Source of the DNA: Botryllus schlosseri
Lineage: Eukaryota
DNA length: 64,000 bases
Assembly: GCA_051294905.1 (NCBI GenBank)
Contig: CM119372.1
Coordinates: forward strand, 21,950,001-22,014,000
Direction: 5' to 3'
The position numbers and the translations under genes are program-made. This document shows, one piece after another, positions 55,701 through 61,775 of this stretch. Within the stretch, counting starts at the first letter, position 1. Every line of letters begins with the position of its first letter. Under the pieces are notes generated by a model, which saw only the letters and a program-made list of their open reading frames with translations, was not told the DNA's origin and did not search any database.

Positions 55701-55907
55701 TAGGCCGAGTTCGTCATGGGCCGAGTTCAATAGGCCGAGTTCGTCATGGGCCGAGTTCACTGGCAACCATATTAATTACAGCATAAAAATTGATTTTCAT
55801 GTTAACGGCAAGTTACCATTCCATAACGCCTGCATATGCTGTGGACGTAAGCCAAGTTGGTCACCAAACTTGAGGAATTTTTCATCAGTGTTATCGTCAG
55901 TCGGCAT
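13601..55907 (-). CDS. Caspase (peptidase C14A) with long non-CARD/DED prodomain; 17 coding exons, 504 aa
   Basis: Manually spliced join(55907-55817,53447-53341,51571-51503,51348-51301,48497-48421,46600-46559,45671-45631,44973-44830,44478-44351,36281-36208,32323-32221,28814-28721,28495-28355,19393-19373,18562-18458,14848-14739,13720-13601) = 1515 nt, open frame, all introns GT-AG and phase-compatible. Caspase motifs RALIINN, DRAGAVMD, IGSHG, KPKIFFLQFCRQ, YAT-G-KAYRD-GSWFV, TLRKKIYFYP. The catalytic exons are secure; the N-terminal exons rest on splice sites and phase only. Confidence 0.85.
14230..14297 (-). pseudogene. Degenerate paralogous copy of caspase exon 10
   Basis: 17-bp identity ctcgatacgcctgaaac with the exon 10 acceptor; with one frameshift it reads AYRGDKASKT/RFLFMNIEQ* against AYRVQNNGANRALIINNHV. 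Confidence 0.45.
14739..14848 (-). CDS. Caspase coding exon 16 (NKAYRDTATGSWFVSALVCVLKENTRDNDLLSMLTE)
   Basis: AYRD...GSWFV p10 motif (Arg341-equivalent); attcag and GAG|gtaaga. Confidence 0.95.
15194..17191. mobile_element. hAT-like non-autonomous element with ACTCCG subterminal repeats
   Basis: TIR CAGGGCTGTGGA; TSD ggtagacg. Confidence 0.9.
16104..16955. mobile_element. Charlie-like element nested in 15194-17191
   Basis: Degenerate TIR CAGGGGCGGGCAAC; TSD atct(a/g)tat. Confidence 0.75.
18458..18562 (-). CDS. Caspase coding exon 15 (GDGIIEADANTFPTDTTERETRLMDCISVYATLAG), linker and p10 start
   Basis: IEAD/A putative processing site; D-x-x-x-x-YAT-x-x-G p10 motif; ttttacag and G|gtgatt. 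Confidence 0.9.
18942..19273. mobile_element. MITE family Q
   Basis: TIR TAGGATTGTCCAAAATTT; TSD actccca(t/c); relative at 31317-31811. Confidence 0.75.
19373..19393 (-). CDS. Caspase 21-nt micro-exon 14 (NAEQTTIE), inter-subunit linker
   Basis: Strong acceptor ttctttttcttag and donor AG|gtatgt; phase 1-1, in frame. Confidence 0.6.
   Translation of the reverse strand, partial: TPNKLQ
21230..21683. mobile_element. Nested MITE G with GACTCGA/GACTTGA subterminal repeats
   Basis: TIR CAGGGTTGTAAT; TSD gtaagagg. Confidence 0.9.
21739..24498. mobile_element. Nested element H, related to J
   Basis: TIR CATAGGCGCTGAACTC; TSD attgggag. Confidence 0.9.
22019..23107. mobile_element. Element I nested in H, with CTGGGTTTT subterminal repeats
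   Basis: TIR CAGAGATGCCACT; TSD aacgcaac. Confidence 0.9.
24577..27195 (+). mobile_element. Element J copy 2 (right end deleted)
   Basis: Starts CATAGGCGCCGACTT; collinear with 1981-4375. Confidence 0.85.
25191..25449. mobile_element. MITE K nested in J
   Basis: Degenerate TIR CATGGGTGGCCAACC / GGTTGCCGACCCCTG; TSD ggctagaa; remnant at about 2550-2630. Confidence 0.8.
28355..28495 (-). CDS. Caspase coding exon 13 (DGRANDTFVGVHG...CPFLEDKPKIFFLQFCRQ), catalytic Cys
   Basis: CPxLxxKPKIFFxQxCR signature; ctttgcag and A|gtaagt. Confidence 0.95.
28721..28814 (-). CDS. Caspase coding exon 12 (EMKTILKDF...IVIYIGSHGER), catalytic His
   Basis: SHG catalytic motif; ttatag and G|gtagaa. Confidence 0.93.
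29061..30781. mobile_element. Charlie-like non-autonomous element
   Basis: TIR CAGGGGTGGGCAA / TTGCCCAGGCCTG; GCGGGCCG subterminal motifs; TSD gattactg. Confidence 0.88.
30973..31257 (+). mobile_element. MITE family E copy
   Basis: TIR TAGGGTTACCATA; TSD a(c/t)ataaag. Confidence 0.85.
31317..31811. mobile_element. MITE family Q copy
   Basis: TIR TAGGGTTGTCCAAAATTTT; similar to 18942-19273. Confidence 0.7.
31838..32174. mobile_element. Charlie-like MITE carrying family A internal sequence
   Basis: TIR CAGCAGTTCTCAACC / GGTTGACAACCACTG; TSD tgctagac; about 31915-32095 is the reverse complement of the family A core. Confidence 0.85.
32221..32323 (-). CDS. Caspase coding exon 11 (RMNDRAGAVMDSKNMKKLLAKLQFQVESHENKTAA)
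   Basis: RxGxxxD motif (Arg179-equivalent) and L-F-V...N-T pattern; ctccag and |gtgagt. Confidence 0.93.
32747..33500 (+). mobile_element. Internally deleted hAT element with transposase dimerisation-domain remnant
   Basis: TIR TAGGGC(T/G)ATTTTTT; TSD ctaattag; about 33140-33190 reads SVLPA/TTAAVERSFSS with a frameshift, matching the hAT C-terminal LPxTTAxxERSFS motif. Confidence 0.78.
34062..34681. mobile_element. Near-perfect 620-bp palindromic (fold-back) MITE
   Basis: Arms are complementary almost to the centre (about 34372); TIR TAGGGCTGTTCAAAAATAAC; TSD atgttcac. Confidence 0.93.
36208..36281 (-). CDS. Caspase coding exon 10 (AYRVQNNGANRALIINNHVFSPSS), p20 first strand
   Basis: Y-x-x ... 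RALIINNxxF caspase motif; ttgtttcag and AG|gtatgt. Confidence 0.92.
36402..37638. mobile_element. Charlie-like element hosting a palindromic MITE
   Basis: TIR CAGTGGTTCTCAACC; TSD gtc(g/t)atat, with the right copy displaced by the 37643-39186 insertion. Confidence 0.75.
36803..37474. mobile_element. Palindromic (fold-back) MITE with arms of about 310 bp
   Basis: GGGGTCTTCAAAAATGAC ends; inverted arms with internal AAATTTGGTTCAATTCCAACCA repeats. Confidence 0.9.
37643..39186. mobile_element. Charlie-like non-autonomous element
   Basis: TIR CAGAGGTCTCAAAC; TSD cactagtc. Confidence 0.88.
39366..40190 (+). mobile_element. Tc1/mariner-pogo-like MITE L
   Basis: TIR CCGTAATTTTCC flanked by TA; partial inverted copy at 41506-42020. 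Confidence 0.82.
41506..42020 (-). mobile_element. MITE L partial inverted copy
   Basis: Reverse complement of about 39680-40190. Confidence 0.8.
42330..42870 (-). mobile_element. Degenerate LINE 3' end related to 57243-57630
   Basis: Shares GACTTGGAGTAGTCT...CCTTGGCC.AGGCGATGTAAA with the LINE 3'UTR. Confidence 0.55.
44351..44478 (-). CDS. Caspase coding exon 9 (RNSVAVVDMDWQD...RRIKSGK), end of prodomain
   Basis: Acceptor atattcag, donor |gtaagc; phase 1 to 0; joins AYRV at the start of p20. Confidence 0.85.
44830..44973 (-). CDS. Caspase coding exon 8 (VVQTNVGKTPYTDGKHVVISGGNFVQANVMGNGPVTYNNENTTISTI)
   Basis: Strong acceptor tttcttttttcag, donor C|gtaaac; 144 nt, phase 1-1; lies within ORF 44798..45049. 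Confidence 0.8.
45631..45671 (-). CDS. Caspase coding exon 7 (ISNSGANVRASGGN)
   Basis: Acceptor ccttacag, donor |gtaaga; 41 nt, phase 2 to 1, bridging exons 6 and 8 exactly. Confidence 0.72.
46559..46600 (-). CDS. Caspase coding exon 6 (AVPEGPSSNRGSTK)
   Basis: Acceptor tattgcag, donor |gtaagt; 42 nt, phase 2-2. Confidence 0.7.
46698..48116. mobile_element. Probable TA-flanked (Tc1-like) non-autonomous element
   Basis: Ends CAC(C/T)GGTCAACA / TGTTGACCAGTG-TA; a similar terminus lies at about 43790-43880. Confidence 0.5.
48421..48497 (-). CDS. Caspase coding exon 5 (EMETDTGSIASDAGGFVGNHAPPTTG)
   Basis: Strong acceptor tttttgcag; weaker donor GG|gtttgc whose phase 2 matches exon 6. Confidence 0.65.
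48943..49457 (-). mobile_element. MITE family A, inverted copy
   Basis: TIR TAGGGCTGGGCA; TSD gtcataac. Confidence 0.92.
50582..51162 (+). mobile_element. MITE family B, 5'-truncated
   Basis: Matches the right part of 7099-8084 and ends in TTCACACCATCCCTA. Confidence 0.85.
51301..51348 (-). CDS. Caspase coding exon 4 (ILKMGDPRSVSYQERA)
   Basis: Acceptor aatcacag, donor GCG|gtaaat; 48 nt, phase 0-0. Confidence 0.55.
51503..51571 (-). CDS. Caspase coding exon 3 (YAFSIAMASDPYEKAVSIIKRNM)
   Basis: Acceptor tttacag, donor ATG|gtgaga; 69 nt, phase 0-0. Confidence 0.7.
52098..53215 (+). mobile_element. hAT-like element F with TCCGGACA subterminal motifs
   Basis: TIR TAGGGTTACCATAT / ATATGGCAACCCTG; TSD ctgtagac; hosts a small CAGTGGTTTCCAAC MITE at about 52623-52831. 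Confidence 0.88.
53341..53447 (-). CDS. Caspase coding exon 2 (ADIRKPQELASTDKASLSGICNNPYLLNQIHPLLNK)
   Basis: Acceptor acattgcag, strong donor AAG|gtgagt; only one frame is open; phase 1 to 0. Confidence 0.7.
54602..55768. mobile_element. Long-TIR non-autonomous DNA element with central telomere-like array
   Basis: Ends GGT(A/T)(A/G)CCAGTGAACTCGGCCCATGACG; tandem GAACTCGGCCYATGAC subterminal repeats; inverted arms of about 250 bp; TSD atattaat. Confidence 0.9.
54955..55483 (+). repeat. Degenerate telomere-like array (TTAGGG/TTAGG/TTAGGA/TTATGA mix)
   Basis: About 530 bp of mixed 5- and 6-mers, G-rich on the + strand. Confidence 0.95.
55817..55907 (-). CDS. Caspase coding exon 1 (MPTDDNTDEKFLKFGDQLGLRPQHMQALWN)
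   Basis: ATG at 55907 with an in-frame upstream TAG; acceptor tgcag near 55928; donor G|gtaact; phase 1 matches exon 2. Confidence 0.65.
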
Positions 55908-56165
55908 TGCTGTTGTCTACTGAGAATCTGCATATTGAATATGAAAAGAAGATTAATTGACCAATAGAGACTTTACTTTCATAACTCATTACACAAAAGC
56001 TCAACCTGAATGTCATAAAACACTTTCAATGCCCAGAAACAGCTCATACAGTGCAGTATTTGTCTTAGTAACTGCAGGATTTACTGGTCATTCCTGATTT
56101 TACGAACATTTTCCAAAAAATTTGGGGGGCCATTGCCCCTTTCGCCCCTCCCTGGCTACGCCAAT

Positions 56166-56330
56166 GGACCTGACCGATCTCGCCTTCCATGACATGCCAC
56201 CTCATTTTCGTCACTTGCTTCTTCAACTTTCCATTCAGTGTGCATACTGTGCATGCCTCCTCTTTACATCGCCTAGGCCAAGTTGTGTCTGATTTCAAAG
56301 ACTACTCCATGTCGTTTCGACACTCCTATC
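56166..56330 (+). mobile_element. LINE 3'UTR fragment
   Basis: Matches 57395-57560. Confidence 0.7.
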
Positions 56331-56576
56331 AATAATCAATACTCGTCAGATTATATTTTCATCTTCATCTGAACAAGACACACACAATGTACACACGCAA
56401 GATGATACAATGCGGTGTAATGAAAAAATAGAGGATGCCGAACGACCAGTTGCGGATAGTTGCGGCCTCTAAAACTGGAATCCACCAAGCCTGCGCGAGC
56501 CTTCGCTCCGTGCACCATAGCTATTTTTTCAGCTATACCATGCCAACAAAATAATGAAGTGCACTATGGAACTTAC

Positions 56577-56680
56577 TACGATAGCATTCCGCAAATAAAC
56601 CGATTGCCTGTTCAACTTCCTCTTTCTGAGCAACTTGCCATCACTGCAAAGCTACGCTATACCCGGGGATTCACCGCGGT
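56577..56680 (-). promoter_or_regulatory. Candidate 5'UTR exon and promoter of the caspase gene
   Basis: Donor gtaagt at 56576-56571 upstream of the acceptor of coding exon 1; ETS-type GAGGAAGT at 56622-56615; imperfect kB-like GGGGATTCACC at 56665-56675. Short motifs, so weak evidence. Confidence 0.3.
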
Positions 56681-56947
56681 ACTCTGAGAAATAAATGAAC
56701 CATAGAAAACTGCAGAGATAGACCGGTACAGGCTTGTTTACATAGCTCATTGGCCCTGCCCATCAATGATTCACGCAGCACGGCTCAATGCGAATAAAAC
56801 TAATCGTCTCGTTTGCTCCAGCCACTTTAAAGTATCCATAAATGATGTTTGCTGCAGGCAGTTGCTAATTTATGATGCATATACGAAATATGGCTCGAAA
56901 CCACATTTATCGAAGTTTTTTTTCATCATCACAGCAATTTTATCAGT

Positions 56948-57630
56948 TCAATGCACCACAAAATGCGATACAATGAAAAGATAAGAAGGTGTCGAAGCGA
57001 CTTGGAGTAGTCTATGGAATCAGACACCCACCTTGGCCTAGGCGATGTAAAGAGGAGGCATGCACAGTTGCACACTGAATGAAAAGTAAAGAAGATAGTA
57101 TGAGAAAAAAGCGAGCAACAAGAAATGGGGTGGCATGTCATGGAAGGCGAGATCGATAGGTCAGTCGTGGTCCGGTTATCTTGAGGATGGACTAGTATTC
57201 ATTTAGTAGTAATTGCTTGTATTTCGACTTGAATGTGGACATGATCATCGCTCTATCAAATATGCCGGACCTGATGTGTGGAACAGTATCCCGCCGGCCA
57301 TCCGACAGTCGACGAGCATGTCCACATTCAAGTCGAAATACAAGCAATTACTACTAAATAAATACAGTCCATCCTCAAGATTACCGGACCACGACTGACC
57401 TATCGATCTCGCTTCCCATGACATGCCGCCCTATTTATTGTCGCTTTCTTTTTCTATACTATCTTCTTTACTTTCATTCAGTGTGCATGCCTCCTCTTTA
57501 CATCGCCTAGGCCAAGGTGGGTGTCAGATTCCATAGACTGCTCCTTGTCGCTTCGACACCTTCCTGTCTTTTCATTGTATCGCATTTTTTTGTGGTGTAT
57601 TATTGACCAGTTTTTTACTGTGAATAAAGA
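56948..57630 (+). mobile_element. LINE (L2/CR1-group-like) 3' end with inverted duplication
   Basis: 57243-57365 encodes RSIKYAGPDVWNSIPPAIRQSTSMSTFKSKYKQLLL, a typical ORF2 C-terminus; AATAAA at about 57623; 56948-57243 is the reverse complement of 57317-57606. Confidence 0.8.
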
Positions 57631-58444
57631 ATATAGTAATATATTATGTCTGTGGGAGGATTATATGTGTAAAGATCGCCCCATATATTATATGCTGTGT
57701 TATTCATCCAATAAGGGCCCAACATTATCGTTTCGTCACTACATTTTTCATATCTTTAAGGTGAGGGGTGGGCTATTTTACGTCATCAAATTTTGCCAGC
57801 CACCAAAAATATAACAAAATTCTGGCTACGCATTTGTGATCAGTGAAACCTCACGTGCTCCAATCACAAGTGGCTAGAAATTGATACGCTTATGTTGACA
57901 TAATATTATCGTTTTATACAAATTACTATACCTTGGGACTCGAAAAGTTACGAATAAAAATTATGTTCTTTGAACTGACCAACTAAGGCACTATCATGAA
58001 GATTGCAGAATACAGCTTAATGATGAAAACAAAATAAAAGTAGCCCTAATATGCCCAATATAAGTGGTGAGAATGAATAGGGCCAACCAAGGGTCCCTGA
58101 AGTGTTTTCAGGAGGGCCCGCGAAACCTCCAAATTTCCAAAATGGTTGATAACCTAATTTGTATTTTTTTTTTAATATGATATATATATATATATCGTCT
58201 GCTATCGGCGCAACCAAGTATTTTTAATATGAGAAACATGAAGCACTGTCATTTCATAACTGCTAAAACTTTTGGACTCAAATAAACCGAATGGCCAGCC
58301 GAGATGAATATGATGCTATGCACACTCCTTTTAATTGCCAAATTGCTAATAGCCTACTGATACAAACATATATTGCTGATTAGAGATGTTTTGTTGGGGT
58401 TTTAGAAAAAAAATGTTTGCAAAGATCCATTTTCTCGACTAAAA

Positions 58445-58990
58445 CTACTATCAAAAGTTCTTACTGAGTTTGGATTACAAATTAATGATTCGAAAACAAA
58501 AACTATGATATTTAGCCACAATGAAAAACTAGGTTACCCGACTTCAATCTGCTCTCTGCATAATCATCATATTGAAAACATGAAAACTTTCAAATACCTT
58601 CGGTGGATCACTCACTATAACGAAACGAATGTGGGGATATCCGAAATCAACAATAGGGTCAGCTCCGCTCATGTAGCTCATGCAGCTTTCCAAACCTGTA
58701 AATACCTGCTGCGAAACTTTATAATTTGGATTGGTACAAGAGTAAAATTTTTGAATGCGTTTGTGAGAAGTCGATTCACATAAGGCTGCAGAGTATGGTC
58801 TCTCCCGGAAAATCAAAGAAACGTCCTGGCTGTCTGCTTATCTGCTACAGACAATTTTTTGCGAAAACTGGTATTGGAGGATACACTCGAAAGGGAACCG
58901 GCCTCGCCTTCAAAATTAGTAATGCGAATCTTCATAAAATCCGCTGGCATTTCGCAGCTCACTGAGCGATCTATTAATCAAGTATACATA
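58445..58990 (+). pseudogene. Degenerate RTE-clade non-LTR reverse transcriptase fragment
   Basis: FGLQINDSKTKTM...IENMKTFKYL...EINNRV..A..AF...TRVKFLNAFVRSRFT*GC..W, the RT thumb region, with stop and frameshifts. Confidence 0.8.
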
Positions 58991-59139
58991 CGTAAAACGT
59001 GAGAGCATATTACAAAAGACCGCGATGTCTTCGATATTTTCTAATGATCACTCCCAAACAGTGTTGCGTTGATTATAAGGTCACGGTTTTGATCTTTTCA
59101 ATGACTTGACTTCAGTCGAGTCACTATACTGCCCTAAAA

Positions 59140-59722
59140 TAGGGTTGCCATACGTCCGGAATTTCACTGTTCAAACCAGCGTCCGGGAGGAATTTCTAAA
59201 AGACCAAATGTCCGGAATTTTGAGAACTTGATGTATAGGCTCATAATTCTTTCGTAGATCAGCATATAAATATAAACTATATTTTTGGGAATATTTCTGC
59301 TGATGCCCGATATTTTTCTTCGCGCTGCGCGCGATTTACTATCACGTTTATTGATTTTATTACGGACACTGCTACCCTCGCAAAAACTACACTAAAATAG
59401 ATATAAAAACAACCTTCATTTACTCTAATAAGCCTAATTTTAATCGCAATTATAGGAGAACGGTAAATTTCAAGAGATCGTTAAGGCAGTTTAAATGCTT
59501 TATTCAAAGATATTGGTTCCAGACGGAAGAGGGGTCGTTTGCCTTTATTCTGAGGTTTGCGAATATGTTGAACGTAATCAGCTTCCAAAATAGCCCGTGA
59601 GTATAAGGACAAAGGTGGTGACTTCTTTTGGTAATCAGCTCGTCAAATTTTGATCAGGGCCACGGAACATTTTCTGATTGGAGACGAAGTCGCGACCATA
59701 AAAGGTTAGAAACCACTGGATG
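59140..59722 (-). mobile_element. Element F partial inverted copy
   Basis: Reverse complement of about 52620-53215. Confidence 0.85.
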
Positions 59723-60117
59723 CAGTGGCGTAGCAGCCACTTGGCGGTTCTGGCTCTGCGCCAGGGGCGGCAGGCTCCAAGGGGGCGGCAAAATGAGGCT
59801 AACACAGTGTACACAGCCGGCTAAAGCAGCGTAATTGGTAGTCCTATAGCTGGCGTCCCGTGAGCTAAAATTTAATCAAACTGGTCTCAGTCGAAAGCTA
59901 GTGTCACGCTAATTCCGAAAACACGAATTAATATGTTAAAATGACAATGGAACCATTCCGAAATAGCCGTCAAGGCCACTTGTTCCTAATAATGGTTGGA
60001 TGGTTAGTTGATGCAAAGCTACTTCATTCGACACCATACTTATGCTCTCTGACCATTAGTGTTTCAATTGAGAGCTGTACGAGGAGCTTTTTAAAGCTCT
60101 GATTAGGTCTTATTTAC

Positions 60118-61025
60118 TAGGGATGGTGTGAACGTGAGGATCACGTTCGCGTTCTGTGTGTGAACCTCGGAAATTAAGAGGTTCACGTTCACAAATGAAC
60201 CTTATTAGGTTCTGCACTGTGAACCTTTTTCATATATTACAATTTTCACTTCATTATATAAAATCTTCGGTTGAAATTCAGTGCATTTCAACTCTGTGGC
60301 ACTCTATGCATGGCGCTGGCAGCATAAAAAATCAACACGAAACGAGCATGCACCTTGAGAATTTCAAAAATTTTACTTGCTTTGTTACAAAAGTTTGCTC
60401 GAAATATCCAGTTTAACTTTTGTGAATATTTAGTGCCTCTGCTGTGACCTCGACCCGCAATCACACAACATCAAGAGCGAAATACACAACATGTAGGTAG
60501 TCAGCGAATGATGCTTATTCAACCAATCAATGAAATTGATGTCGTTGTCTGATGTCAATAATCTAGCAGGCGTACGGGGTCAATCTTGGTTTCATATTTT
60601 TATTGTATTATAAAAACAAAATCCGTGAGATTGGGGTGTTAGCTACTGCTGTGGGCAATATCAGTAGCAAGTAGAGACCCGTTTTACACTCTGCTCAATA
60701 TCAACGTAGCAACACTCAGATGCCGAATACATTTTGCCTGTCTGGCCGTAGGCGTATATTTCCTTGCAAGTCCTCGTCGAAGTTGTTGGCAGAGGGTCGG
60801 AAGATATTGATTTAATGGGATTATTATATCATTTGATTGCCTCAGGTGATACATTTGGCGAAATTTTAAACGTGAATATGTACTTCAGCATCGTGGCATT
60901 ATGTGGCCCGAGTCGTCGCCAGGTATCGTGCACATTAATAAAGAGGCTATCATTTCACTTATATATATATGGTTGGAACGAGCGATATGACGTCACGTGA
61001 CGTCATGAGGTTCACACCATCCCTA
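60118..61025 (+). mobile_element. MITE family B
   Basis: TIR TAGGGATGGTGTGAAC; TSD ttatttac. Confidence 0.92.
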
Positions 61026-61486
61026 TTATTTACGTTCTACCATGAATGATGATCGGCTATATCAGCTCTATCGATAGCAGTGGTTCTCAACATTTGTGTC
61101 TTCGCGGACCCCTTTGGACCACCACAGACCCCCTCAAGTTTTCGTTCAAAATTAGCTCAATTATCGTGCAACCGTCAACTGTCTCGTGCAAACATTGATT
61201 TTAGGTTAGTAATAAACAGCCAGAAAATGAATTTTATTCAAAATAACATCACACTATATGTCGAAATTGGGTATACTTTTAATATTTCGAAACGAAATTT
61301 CCACCTGTATTCATTGTCTTGAAAATTCTCGTCTTTGATTGGATATGGACGAGTGCCCAGAGTCCATTTCCACAAAAATATATTGTTGGCAAATGTAATA
61401 CGCGTAACGCTTCCGACGATAGCTTTTGGTGTGTGTTTGTAATGCACATATCATGTCCACGCAGCCTATAGTCATTTCAATCTAGC

Positions 61487-61775
61487 ACAGCGGTTCTCAA
61501 CCGGGGGTCCGCGAAGCAATTTCAGGGGGTCCGCGAGACCTCTAAATTTTTAAAATGGTTGGTAAAGTAATTTTCATTTTAGTTTTTAATTTGAGAAAGC
61601 ATGAGGCAGTTTCGCACCATGCTAAAACCTCAAGACTCACATCATCATAGTAATCGTCTGACATGAACTGCCGTAGTGTGGAAATTCATTTTCATTGTCA
61701 ATTTTCCAATAACCTGCTGATACAAACATATTTCTGTTTAGAGACGTTTTGTTGATGTTTGTGGAAAAAATAAAA
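61487..61775 (+). mobile_element. Charlie-like MITE fragment
   Basis: Starts CAGCGGTTCTCAACCGGGG; similar to about 58085-58415. Confidence 0.6.
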
